The position numbers and the translations under genes are program-made. DNA of 63,669 bases, counting the filler, from Pelomyxa schiedti (taxonomy: Eukaryota > Protista > Evosea), in assembly GCA_020536535.1 (NCBI GenBank). It is 5 parts of 5 records of this genome, joined end to end, with 100 filler letters (N's around TTAATTAATTAA, not from the genome) between each part and the next. Parts side by side here need not be neighbours in the genome. Positions count along the whole stretch, not along the records: positions 1 to 18,935 come from JAHLWZ010001113.1; 4 more parts are not named here. One strand, 5' to 3'. Positions 1 through 11,979 of this stretch are shown piece by piece (positions within the stretch are counted from its first letter, which is position 1; each line of letters opens with the position of its first letter). The notes under the pieces are model-generated. The model saw nothing but the letters and a program-made list of their open reading frames with translations. It did not search any database and was not told the origin of the DNA.

Positions 1-552
1 TGTCTCTTGTCTTCCCACACGGACTGAGGAGTGCTATGATCTGTGAATCAGCAGCCAGCGAGTATTTTGGGTGGTAGAGTTGATCGATTTGAGTTGATGG
101 TGGTACGGCCGACCACCCGTTTGAAAGTTTTTTTCAAAGGCGGTTTGTAAGGTAACCAACGTTAACGTGGTTCATTTCGAGCGAAGTTCGTTGGGGTTGT
201 TGGATCTCACAAATAAAACATCAACTGGAAGATGGGAACACTCTCTGCTTCCTCCCGTACCCCCCTTTGCCTTTCTCCTGGGCATCTTTTTTCCAGTCCC
301 CAAGCCAGATGAGATCTCATCTGCGCCAATCAACCTCGAACCTTCCAAAAACATCCTTATCATCAAAAACACCAAAAAAACCCTCTCAACAACCACCGGT
401 TGCGATCACCGGAACGTCGTCGTAAGGTTTGTCGCATAGTTGTTGTGCTTGTGAAGAAGCATAACAACACAACCCACGCAACGCAACCCAACCAACAATA
501 ATAATAAAAAAAAAAAAAAAGCGAAGGGAAAAAGTTCAGCGGTGAGGCGAAA

Positions 553-1908
553 ATGGGACTGATTCCTACGTTGGGGGATTTGAGGCTAGCTGCCTTTGTG
601 AGACCTTTGGCTCTCATCACTTTCTTTGGAATGTTCATTTCTTTTGTTTGTGAGATAGTGTCATTGGCATCACACTACTGGCTTCTTGAAAACTACCAGG
701 TAGGTGTTATTAAACCCATGCAAACAAAAAACCCAGACAAACAAAAAACAAAAAACAAAAAACAAAAAACAAAAAACAAAAAACAAAAAACAAAAAACAA
801 AAAACAACTGTGTACCCTTTTATTTTCTTACATAACGTAGACTCTCAGTAATAACATCGTGGTTACAGTTGACGGCCACTTTGGACTATTAAAGTTATCC
901 TTTCCCTTTTTTTGTCACATCTTACATTCATTCAGGTTCACTGAGACGGTTCTGAATGTTACTCAGACCAGGAAAATCGAGTATGCGATGGTTGATATTG
1001 AAAATATTTCCAAGGCCGCATTCATTCTCGCTATCTTCGCCATGGTATTTACTACCACTTTTCCTGCATAGTTGTTGACTGTTGACCCAGTTTCTATCTT
1101 TTGTGGGATCGATTTTTAGTCTGTACGTTTCTTGGGGCAAGGGGCACCAAATAATGATCTGGATTACTGCTTGTGTCTGCTGCTTTATGGCCTTTATGCT
1201 AAGTCTTACATCTGTTCTGGTATGAATCATTATGCTGAAGTTTATTTACCCAACATAGACCTATGTGGGAGGGAAACCGGATGACACAGTGTCTTACACT
1301 CTTGCGTGGGGTTTTTACCTCCAACTCGCAATCAGCATGTTTCTGCTTTTACTGAGTGTTGTGATAATAACGCAGAAGCCGAAAGGGCTCCCGTATTTAC
1401 AGGGTTGGTATGTGCATCCATTTTCTGGCGACTAGCATTTATTGCACAAAAGGTCGAACTTTGTCATCGATAGGGACGAAGAAAAGGTACTCTTTTAGGA
1501 ACTTGACCAACTTTAATGTGACCCACACTAAGCCGGCAGCAACTTCTCATGCAGCAAGTGCCCCACCTCCAGCAGAAAAGCCGGTTGTCACAAGTGCGGC
1601 AACAAGCAGTTCCGCAACCACAACTGCAGCCGCAACTACAACCACTGTAAGCGTTCCCACTACGGCGCCAGGGGATACTCGCCCTAAATGCAAAGCTCTA
1701 TTTGATTGCACTCCGGATGAGGCCGGTGACCTAGCTTTCAAGGCTGGGGACATTATAACCATAGTCAAACCAGATGATGATGGTTTGTCTACCACTACAA
1801 ACTCCAAAATACTACTAATAGTCACTAATAGGTTGGACAACGGGTGAACTACATGGCGTTGTTGGATTATTCCCCTCAAATTATGTGACTTTTGAGGGAG
1901 TGAATTGA
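553..1908 (+). CDS. Claudin/PMP22-like four-TM membrane protein with C-terminal SH3 domain (multi-exon)
   Basis: Spliced reading gives four hydrophobic helices (ALITFFGMFISFVCEIVSLASHYW; AAFILAIFAMVF; IMIWITACVCCFMAFMLSLTSVL; YTLAWGFYLQLAISMFLLLLSVVII) and GHFGLL in loop 1. These are followed by a Thr/Ala/Pro linker and a clear SH3 (KCKALFDCTPDEAGDLAFKAGDII...GWTTGELHGVVGLFPSNYV). First intron 700-840 GT-AG; stop TGA 1906-1908. SH3 call is firm; claudin-like call is weaker. Confidence 0.7.
741..806. repeat. (ACAAAAA)9 minisatellite in intron 1 of the SH3 gene
   Basis: Nine perfect 7-bp units read directly from the sequence. Confidence 0.9.
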
Positions 1909-2092
1909 GCCCTCCTCGTCTTCGTCGTGTAATCTAATAAATAGAATAGAACGGTTTTGCAACTGTGTCTTTTTAGACCAAGTCTGGTGCTTTAGCATCT
2001 CAACCGGTTTCTTAATTTCACGAGAATGGCGGAAAAAATTGCCCCAAAAAGTGCAAAGGAAAAAACAAATCGCGGCAGCAACACGCACGTAC

Positions 2093-3956
2093 ATGCAGGA
2101 CTGCGACCGACGACGATCTCCGAAACGAAAGGCCCAACGACCCATAGATCCAGACTTACTGCATGACGTTGAATCTTACGCGGTTGACGACTCGATGTCT
2201 TCAACGACCGGAAGCGATGAGGAGATCTCTGCTTCTGCGTTTGTCGCACTAAAACCCGACGTGTCTATCGTGGTCGGCGATCCTGTGCGCGTTATCATAC
2301 TCCCTGTTGCCGCGAACGTATCCACAAAGAGCATCGACACCCTCAACTACGACGCTAACACCGACACCCCCAACGACGACGCGAACACCAACACCAACGC
2401 TGAAACCCCCGAGGCCGACGCAACTTGCGAGAGCGACGCGTCGCGTGCCTCTACCGACTCAATCTTGGATACGACATGTGATTCCTCGTGGTGGTGTGCA
2501 AACTCATTTGGGGAAGTGCCCTTGAAGAGGGGGTCGAAGAGACCGCGCCTCAATGGAAGACTTCACCTTGAAAGAAGCGTCCCGGCTGATACTGATATAC
2601 TTGTGAGCAATCAGACTAGCCTGGAGCCAAGTATTGCGGCAGTAGAACCATTGGAGCTGAAGGAGACAGAACAAGATGAAAAGCAAGCTGAGTATGATAC
2701 TGACAAGGTCGATTTCGATTCCTCGACCGAAGGAAGTACTTCTAGTAGTGACGGCGATGGGCTTGACGAAAATAACCCTGTGGTGAGTGAGCTGACTAAT
2801 GACGGTCTTGGGGAAGCTTCGGTGGAAGACCCCCTGAATACTAGCCAAATTATAGAAGGGGGTACAACCGAAAGTGCGGATGAGTCTACCCCTCAGTTCC
2901 AGGAAGGAAGTGAAAACGAAACAGAAGAAACTTGCTCACAAGTAGTACTGCGAGAGAGTGTTGTCGGCCTCTCTATTGGTGAGAAAGGAAGTGATCAGCA
3001 TACTGAAGGTGACTCTAGCGAGGCACCTCCCTCTCCAAATATAGTGGCCCACTCGGCTCCGGAGTCTATTCCTACACTTCTGGACGAGATTACTACCCCG
3101 GACATAGATTTTATTCCCCTTGTTGAATTTGATTCCAACCCACCGGAAACCTCTCAAGTAGTAACAACTGAAGAGGAAGCTCCCCCAGTTCCCGTCTTCG
3201 ATCCTTATCTTTTCATGAAGCACCTTCCTCCATACGACACCCTCGTACCACCAGCCGTCATTTTACCCGAAAAAGCTTCTTCCTGTTCTGGGACTCTGGT
3301 ACTTGATCTTGATGAAACTCTGGTTCACTGCGGTGTAGAGAAGATCGACAATCCTGATTTGACCTTTACAGTCTCCTGTTGTGGGCAAGACCTGGAGATG
3401 TATTGTAAAAAGAGACCCTTTGTCGATACATTCCTGGCTGAAGTATCAACACTATTTGAAGTAGTAGTGTTCACTGCAAGCCAATCCGACTATGCTTCCA
3501 AGCTTGTTGAAGCCCTAGATCCGAAAAAAGAGTTGATTGCGTGCGTTCTTTCCCGCTTGCCCTGCCTGTGTAACTCTTTTTTAGACACTGCATTCACCGT
3601 GATGGCTGCGTTTTTGTTGAAGGCAACTATCTAAAGGACCTGACTGTACTTGGCCGAGACCTCTCCAAGACCATAATCGTGGACAACTCTCCGCATGTTT
3701 TTGGTTACCAGGTAATTTTGGCACGCCACTTTTCCAGTTTTAAGGCTTTCTTGCTCCCGGTTCTCTTTGAACATCTTCATCTGCATTTACCAAGATGAAC
3801 AATGGAATTCCGATTGTGAGTTTTACCGACTCCAGCGAAGATAATGAACTGGAAAAACTATTACCCGTATTACACCAACTGGCTGTAACCGAGGACGTGA
3901 GGCCCTTCATACAAACCAACTACGAGACCGAGAAGAAAGTTCAAGCGGCTCTGTAA
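2093..3956 (+). CDS. CTD small phosphatase (FCP1/SCP HAD family, CTDSPL2-like) with long acidic disordered N-terminus
   Basis: [12 protein letters not shown] (DxDxT/V motif), [23 protein letters not shown]; after intron 3541-3583, [22 protein letters not shown] and NGIPI. Stop TAA 3954-3956. First in-frame ATG is 2093. Confidence 0.9.
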
Positions 3957-4378
3957 CTCTCACTTATGCACCTTTACAGCACACTGTGATTTAGGTCAAG
4001 GGAAAGAGAAATCAACTACCCCATACACAATCCAACCCCGAACACTTCCGCATGCGTACAGTGTTGTGTAACCACTGTTCCCACAAGAGAAACCCACCCC
4101 CTCTCATACCGCATTTGACTAATAATACTCACAATCATTTTCAGTTGTATACTACACAACGACCCAACTTCATTTTCTACCCTTTCACAAACACTGTCTA
4201 CCTCCCGTGAGAGTGCTTATCGACCTCACTTGTTAGGGGGCCTGCACTACCGGTACAATGTAGTTTAGTTTTAGTTGCTTACTCTGTCATTGATAGTCCT
4301 ATCACAAACCTTTCCGAACTGTATTGTACACATCCCAGTAATAAACAAAAGAAAAGATGGATTTTTAAAATCATGTTG

Positions 4379-7215
4379 TTATGAACTTGACTTTCGCCAC
4401 TGGGATTTTGTTTCTGCTGAAAATATTGACAGAGCACCCTGTGTTTGTGGTTATTTAAAATAGTAGAACATAGGGAGGGTAATAACACACCTTGGACTTG
4501 CTTGATGGTGTTGTGGATGTGGTAGTGTCTGGTTGTGGTTGAACCAGGTGGGCGTTGTCATTTTGTGGTGGTCTTTGTGACAGTAGCCGCATGTGAATGG
4601 CTTGCCGGACTTGGCTCTTGCTGATCTTCTTGACAGGGTTCTTGGCTGTGAAGTAGCGGGTGCCGCCCATGTCACCAAATGCAAACGGGTTCCCTCTCTA
4701 GGATTGGAGTTGGTGTTTTTAGCTATGAGAGGGTGATAATGCCGGAATACCTCTTCTTCCTCGTTCTGCGGTTGTTGGGCTCTTGGTGCGGGAATGGCTT
4801 GGTGAGATGGAACCGTGGCATTCTCATATGAAGCTACGAAGTTGGGATTCAGGGATATCATTGTTGGGGGAATCTTTTCCACAATTAGAATCATGGTTAA
4901 TGAGATAAACTAACCTTGTCCATAAGAGACCGAACACATGCATCCTGTCTCTCTTTCCTTGTCTGGAAGGGATTATCGGAAAGTGTGTCAAAGTTGGGTT
5001 CTCCAGATCCTGGAACAACCATACTGCAAGGAAAAAATCAATCGTTGTGGTGATGAAAAGAAATAAACCTGAAGAATCCGCCGGTGTGCGTTACTCCCAG
5101 AAAATCCTCGTATGGTGCAAATTTGACTTGAGTGACCGTGTTCTCTGGAAATTGTTGAGACCGAATTAGCAATGAAGTTAGGGAGAAACTTGGAAAATCT
5201 TGTGTCAAGTAAGGCTTGTCACAATGTTCAGACAAGCCATTTTGCCACACCTAAGAAAGGTGACCTACGAACAGATGATGTGCAGGTTTACACACCACAA
5301 CAGAATGGCCGATGGCGCAGGCAAGTAATCCCTTCTGACTTATGCTCAGTGATGTGGGACATGCTGATTTATCTTTGAAGAATGTATACTGATGGAGAGG
5401 TTTATCAGTTCGCAAGTCCCAAAGTTTCACGATTCTATCAGCACCAGCTGTCGCAAGATACCTGTACAGGAAATTAAAACGCAGTCCTTATCCAACACAT
5501 TACCTACATGCCACTTTGATCAACAGAAGCAGAAGTGACAGTTGATTGATGGCATTTCATCTCCATAACTGGCATTTTGCATGCAGGGGCCCACATGGAG
5601 ACACGGCCATAAGAAGAACCCACTATAACAACCGCATTTGTGGGATTTTGTGTTATGCACGTGGGTTGTGTATTTAAAGGAAGACAGGCAACCACATGTC
5701 CTGTGGAAGTATCTCGCCACACAATTTCGTAACCCTGTAAAGCATTTAACACAAAAAATAGGAAAAACAGCGAAACATACAGCCGATACAAGAAGCCAGT
5801 GGTAGGGAAGAAATTCTAGCTGTCGTGGTCTAAAGTGTTCTCTTAGGCAATGCAACTCTACTCCCCGTGAATCGTATATGAAAATATGTTTCTTTTGTGC
5901 AACGGCGAACATTGTTTCGTCATGCAAGAACCTAGTTTCAGAAATGAGAATTAAAAAAGGTATCAACCCGATTGTTGTTGGCTCACTTTACAGCTCTTAT
6001 TGTTTCATTTACATTTATCTCGGTAATTAGCGACTTGGTTGGCCATTTGAGAACACCCAGATGACCTTTACGACCTCCAAGCAACAAAAATCTGAGTGTT
6101 CAATCTGAGACAGAACTGTAACGAAAGAAATAACATACTGTCCGTTTCGTGTATAGTCCAACATGTAAGGTCCATATTTATCGAGATGGAGTTGATATAC
6201 CTAGGAGGAAGTTGAAAAGGGTGATTAAGAATCAGATATTAATAGAAGACGAAGAAGAAAAACCAACCTTCTGGGCAGACTGTAAGTCAAGCTCACTTCG
6301 TAAAGCAAATTGGGTGAGTGGCTCATCTTCCTCCTCGGGTTCTGGGTGAATAAACCCCGGTGTTTGTGGCAGAAGCAAATCAGCCGTTGCCAGTTTGTCA
6401 GCGCGGTCCATCACAATTTTGCGGAAGTTGTGCTCTGTCATCTGTCCAAGTGGTTAGACTCGGAATCCCAAAAAACAGCAGACCCAGCCGACTGGCACAC
6501 GCACACGCGCGCACACGCGCGCACACAGACAGACAGACATACCAGACGAGACACAGACAGACAGACATACCAGACGAGGCACAGTCCTTCCCACAATGTA
6601 CTTTGACTTTGCCTGCTGCCACCTGGTGGTGTACGCCACCGCCCCTCTTTTCTTGCCCGTGACCACGCTTGTGTTCTGCTTGGAAGCCGGCGGCGCCCCG
6701 CCCTCGCCCTCGCCACCACCACCACCACCACCACCCCGTTGCCTGTTGCCGCCCAGGCGCCCCCCGCCCCAACCCCCACCACCCCCGGTGGGCCCCCCGA
6801 TGACTTTCCTCCTCCCGTCGAACCCGATCACCTCCCTCGCCCCAGTCATGCTCGTAGTCGTCGTCGCCGCGCCGCCGCCGCCTCCTCCTCCTCGTCCTCC
6901 GCCCCCGGAGTGCAGCGGCCCCGTCACAGCGCCCCTGGCCCTGCCGAACACGTCGTCGCTCCCTCCCGCGCCCGTGCTGTAGGTGGGCGTTATTACCCCG
7001 GAGGCAGCGGCGGACGGCGGAGGATGCGCGGCGCCGTCGTTGGGTAAGGGCGCAGGGGGCGCGGCGGCGGCGGCGGTGGTTGTGAGCATGCTCAGGCGCC
7101 TGAGCACGGGGGGACGGATGGTGTTGGTGGCGGCCTTGGCGCCACCCCCCGCCCGTTGTTTTTTCTTCACTATGGCGGGGGTTTCGCTCGTGCCGTAGTC
7201 TGCCGTTTTGCGCAT
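4379..7215 (-). CDS. UTP7: U3 snoRNP/SSU processome WD40 protein Utp7 (WDR46/BING4 family), with Gly-rich N-terminal extension
   Basis: ADLLLPQTPGFI, LDLQSAQK/VYQLHLDKYGPYMLDYTRNG, FLHDETMFAVAQKKHIFIYDSRGVELHCL, LEFLPYHWLLVS, VKFAPYEDFLGVTHTGGF, EKIPPTMISLNP and terminal GALSIF. ATG 7215, stop TAA 4379-4381. Confidence 0.9.
6495..6578. repeat. CA/CGCA microsatellite plus exact 28-bp tandem duplication spanning the UTP7 intron-1 donor
   Basis: acacagacagacagacataccagacgag occurs at 6523-6550 and 6551-6578, next to gcacac/gcgc repeats. Confidence 0.9.
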
Positions 7216-7899
7216 CGTCGGTCCGCAATTTACAAGCGTAAAGCAACTGAAAAACTTTCGTTTCTGTGGTTGTTTTTAATTCAAGAGAAACTTGAATCCG
7301 GTGTGTAGTATGTGGGCTTGTGAATAAGTAGCAACAAACAGGAGTGGGAGATTTTCCACACTCCTTTTACCACAACCAGAACTGATCATTACCTACACTA
7401 TCTGGTTTCAGTCCCATACTTTTCTGTACAAAGCATTCAGAGCTTTAGTTGTACACAAAACGTAACCATTAGTGGTACAAGTAAAATAAAGAAAACAGTC
7501 AACCATCAAGAGTCATCATTGCAATGTCTTGTTGGAAACATCATTGTCTTTCTTCATCTTCTCATCATTCCACAAACACAAAGTGAGAGAACACTGAACT
7601 TTCCATGCATGTCACACAGTTGCAAATGTTCTGTGGCTGTTGTTGTATGCTTGGGTCTTCAGTGACCAATCTCTTTGCATTGATAGCACAATGAGAGGAA
7701 TTTGGGTTGGGTTTAAGGTTTTTTGGCCTGTTCACTTTTCTTCAGTGATCACAGGTCATTATTGCCTGGTGGGGTTGAACCTACGTCTCCAGACAGGCAC
7801 ACACAGAGAGACCACTTGTCAGGTGGTAGTGTTGATGTCAGGCAGTAGCAATGTGTAGCGGTGCAGCAGGCAATACAAAGAGGGGGAGGTGCCAGCCCA

Positions 7900-8060
7900 T
7901 TAGAGAGTCAAGGGAGGCCGAATTGCTGTAAGTGCAGTGAGCATAACGAGCATGGGGAACAAAGTTGTTTCCTGACAGCTGGTGGCACTGGTGCCATAGA
8001 AGACAGGAAGTGTGGAGAAAAAGGTCACACCACAAAGCAGAGGCATGGGAAAAGGAACAA
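7900..8060 (+). mobile_element. Possible decayed retroelement gag fragment (two degenerate CCHC zinc knuckles)
   Basis: NCCKCSEHNEHGEQSC and DRKCGEKGHTTKQR resemble CX2CX4HX4C knuckles with lost cysteines. No RT, integrase or LTR was recognised. Confidence 0.3.
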
Positions 8061-8615
8061 CACCACCATAAAGAATTCACTGCAAACAAAGAAAACAGCA
8101 CCGCCAACAGTTGCATGTGTGAAAATGATGACGACATAATAGCAACTGCACAAGTACGATGCCGATCTCCCAAAGTTGTAGTCACTGTGAAGGCAGTGGG
8201 GCAAACCCCAACCCCCAGGGAAAACAACTTTCGTCTAAGCTTTGCCCACACATGCAACACGTTATCAAAATCAAACATTTGGTGGCTGTAAAAACATCAA
8301 AAGTTCCTGAGACCTTTGAGCATTTGATTCACAGTCAGTGCTTGATGATCAGCAGAGGCAGTAGTGTCACTACATCTAGAGCTGTGCATCCCTCAGATCC
8401 CATCATTGCCAATAAGAAAATAAAAAAGAGCACATAAGACAACACTGACATTGTTTCAAGGCGACGTGCCACCAAGTATAACATTGTACAGGCATATGGC
8501 TCTTGCATTTCCTGCTACCCTCCACACTGAGTGGCCCCACCTTGCAGCAAAATGCAAGGCTCTGGTGGGCCAAATCAGCTGTGTGGTGCCGTGGCCCTGG
8601 CCAGTACCACTGCAG

Positions 8616-8912
8616 GATGTTGTTGTCATACCCAAGGTGTTCACTCACATAAGGAAGGAGAGGGCTGAGAGGTTCTCATTGATACATGACGAGCAGGTAA
8701 ACATGGATGACAAGTTTCTGAACATTGACAAGGCCTGTTAGTTCATCAACTAATGCATGGCACCTGTTGATAATTGCAGATAGCTGCAGGCCCGACATCT
8801 TCAGAAACTCGTCATCCATGTTTACCTGCTCGTCATGTATCAGCTGCAATGAGAACCTCTCAGCCCTCTCCTTCCTTACGTGAGTGAACACCTTGGGTAT
8901 GACAACAACATC
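8616..8912. repeat. Long inverted repeat (fold-back): arms 8616-8722 and 8800-8912
   Basis: The reverse complement of 8800-8912 matches 8616-8722 except for two substitutions and one 6-bp indel (gcagct). The spacer is itself partly self-complementary. Confidence 0.95.
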
Positions 8913-9016
8913 TCTGTTTTTTAATTACCAACAGGCACAGGGCCGATGGGGCTGAGAAAGGCTGTGTTGGCAAAGTGTGCCCATAGCGCAACTGGGAAAG
9001 TGTGGCTGCTACGCGA

Positions 9017-10008
9017 TGGTGGAAGCGCAGAGAACACGACGCTGTGGAGTTGTTTGTTGTGGGGACGGTCCCCCAGAGCCGGTGGATACGTGGACGGCTT
9101 GCTGGCTGCTTGGGGTCACTATGGTTGAGTAGCCACCGGACAATATTTTTGCGTCATTTGTGGTGTGTGTCTTGTTTTTTTTTTTTTTTTTTGCTTTTCC
9201 ACAATAATATGTGGCGTTGAACAACAATCTTACTCAAACTTAAGATCCCGCGAGATACCTTTCTAACTGAAAACTCTGATATGAATGTACTTCCGTCAAT
9301 CTCAATTTCCTTACACTGTATGCACCAGGATCTTTTCAAATTTTTATAATTTTAGAACAGCCCTATGAACGGAGAGGAAAATACTTTAACTTGGAAGCTT
9401 CCTCATTGAAAGCCTGGAATTGTGTCTTACTGAAGAGTGCAGAGACACCAGTCCATGAATTCTGTGTTCTGGAAGTAACACTGAAAAGAGAGGCAAATGA
9501 CAAAGGACAAGCTTAAAGAAAGGCGCACCCTCCAGCTGAGGGTAAAGGTACATATAAGCTAAAACCTTAAAAACTGAACAAAAACCACAGGACATTGAAC
9601 TCAGTGATGCCGGCTCTAGAGTTGTAATTGCTGCTGCCGATGAAGGAAATGCGGGAGCTCTACTTGATGCCTCAATAGCAACTCTGGAGTCTGCCCTCAA
9701 AGATGAGATTTCAAGGCTCAGTAAAAGCCTGCAATCCTCACAGGATGTGAGTTCATCCACCCACGGCCTTTCATTCTCTCCCATTGCTAACTCTTTTTAT
9801 TTATTCACAGGAATTTGTACAGTGTGCCACAATCGCGTCAAAGTGGTGTTTGGACACCAGTAAGACTTTTGCCATACCAACTGATGTGACTTTTGCACCC
9901 CTAGATTTTGGTGTTCTTGCCCATATTAACTGTTTAGCTCAAACAATGACACCGATCCATCGCGATTCCTCAGTTAATATGGAGTTCATTGAGATGCACA
10001 GCGATTGA
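9017..10008 (+). pseudogene. Hypothetical multi-exon gene remnant (lineage-specific family, coiled-coil C-terminus) with in-frame stops
   Basis: Exon-like pieces CGVVCCGDGPPEPVDTWTACWLLGVTMVE*PPDNIFASFV, KIPRDTFLT, EQPYERRGKYFNLEASSLKAWNCVLL, ALKDEISRLSKSLQSSQD/EFVQCATIASKWC, separated by GT-AG introns. No family can be named. Confidence 0.3.
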
Positions 10009-10029
10009 ATCGGCTTCATGGATCTGGGT

Positions 10030-10829
10030 GGTGATCCAGTCAAAAAGCTGTGAAAAATCACTGCCCAGGGTGGTGATAAGTGGTTGTCTCAGACAAACAC
10101 TGATTTGATCCCTTTGTAACTCACCAAGCGCTTCAAGATTGACTTCAGCAGTTCTTTTTCTCTTTGAGAAGCAGAATAGTAATACCTCCAAATGTTTTCC
10201 AACCATTCACCAAGCTTATGCCTAACTAGAAATTCACAACCATCTTTGAAGCAAATGGCTTGTCTTGGATGTTGATGTGTTTACTAGAGGCATTTGGAGC
10301 AGCACAGTCAGAACACAAAGGAACTGCTTGCATCCAGTCCACACAACAACAAGTTCTGATTGGCAGAGAAACAGTTTCATCAGCAATGACAAATTCAAGT
10401 GGTTTCCCATGCAAGAAATCCAAATAGTCATTGAAGTGAATCTCTTGGTCAATCTCAGCAAGTAAAGACTCATTAACAGTCTCATTCACCTTCATCATGG
10501 GAAAGCCCATGAAGCTCCCACAGGTTGCTCTTGGTAATGTGATCCACAAGAAAATGAAACACAGCAGGACAGGCAGCATAGGCTCCATTCCTGGGATCAC
10601 TCATTGCTGATACTTGTGCCCACTCACTGTGTACATGTACTTCCAACTTCGTTTTCCTATGAGTCTTGGTCCTTTGAAAACATGTGGCAGCAGTCCAGAA
10701 GGACTTCCCATCAACTTCAGTCATTCCACCCTTGGGTTCCCAGGTACAACCTTTTTCATTTAAGGCTTGAAAAGCTTGCCTTTTCTTGATCTCTGCTTGT
10801 CTCTCTCTACTGGCTTGCACTGTGGACAA
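10030..10829 (-). mobile_element. Degenerate hAT-like transposase remnant
   Basis: Motifs in hAT order across frameshifts: TKLEVHVHSE (TTF-type Zn-finger-like), FVIADET (first catalytic D), LCSDCAA (DGA-like second D), IWRYYYSASQREKEL (F..S.KR..L-like), LRQPLITTLG (P..TRW-like). No TIRs found. Confidence 0.5.
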
Positions 10830-11979
10830 CTCTTGAACTCAAGCATAACATCTTCACAAGGTGATGCCCGTGCTATCAGAGACTGAGTATGGTTGCCAGT
10901 GTCATCATAGGGCTTAGGTGTGCTTTGTTGTTGAGTGAGATTGTATTTAAAGGTCAAAATGTAAAAATTGTTGTTGTACCTTTTTCAAGGCTCAGTAGAG
11001 GTACCAGGCAAATTTGAGTTTCTCTTTTCTGTTCCTTTGAAAGATGAGATGATTATAATGTCATTGTCAAACTCAATGTTAATTTGGGAACTCAGGTATT
11101 CTGACTTGGGTTACCTGGGAGGTATCCAACAGAGGATCTAATTCATGGGAAGTTCATGAGAGGGAGTACTGCAATTTAAAACACCTACTGATAGCACCAG
11201 TCAGATTTTGTGCTTGTTTTTGTGCTTCCATTAGATTATTTGAGACAATTGTTGGTTTGTCTCGTAGTGGAACTGAGTTCCCTTGACTTTCTGGATTATC
11301 ACTCCCTCGTGACCTCCTAAAACATGCATTATGATGGTAGGACAGACTACATAACACCCACAGAGGTATTATGGCTCACTCAGTCAGGTGTTTGTCTACC
11401 ATGTGGACCTTTGTGCTTGTTGCTTGGAAGAGGTCAGTGACCCTGGGTGAAGGTTTTGAGAGAGGAAAAAAGCTTTGCCCCATGGGTGAAGAAAAAAGGG
11501 CGAAGGTGTCACTGTTTTCTGCTATAAAGCTTCGCACCAAAACCTCCACCCCATGATCCAGTTATGTGGGTATAATAGTGAAGATCTTTTACTTGGATCA
11601 AGACAAGAAAAAAAAATTGGTTGTTGGATGGGACAAATACCAACGAGAGCAACAACTGAGGTAGACACAGGGACCTAAAAAACCTAAACATTCACATGCT
11701 CTTCGTGTACCACACAGACATGTACCCTCTGGGTAGGTAGGGGGGAGGGAGAGGAGAGAAGGGTATATCCCCTACTCTCTCTTTCCCTTCTCTTCTTATG
11801 ATCTATAGTCTCCCCTGACTAGGAGGAGAGGAGGAGTGGGAAGAGAGAGGGAGTACTATACTCTTCTGATGTACTTGACAATGATGAAGATGTAAAAGGC
11901 TGTTATGATTTGCAGAGCACATGGTGCAAAAAAACATGGTCTAGTATAGTTACTGAAGAGATTTTGCCACATGTGTGAA

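Noticed and set aside
1-440. Minus-strand gene start at the window edge
   Set aside because: Short ORFs only; no recognisable domain or consistent splice pattern.
741-806. (TTTTTGT)n as an interstitial telomere repeat
   Set aside because: It lies inside an intron, has only nine units and no G-run typical of telomeric repeats; treated as a simple repeat.
6398-7246. Several long overlapping ORFs on both strands
   Set aside because: Shadow ORFs of the GC-rich, Gly-rich first exon of UTP7.
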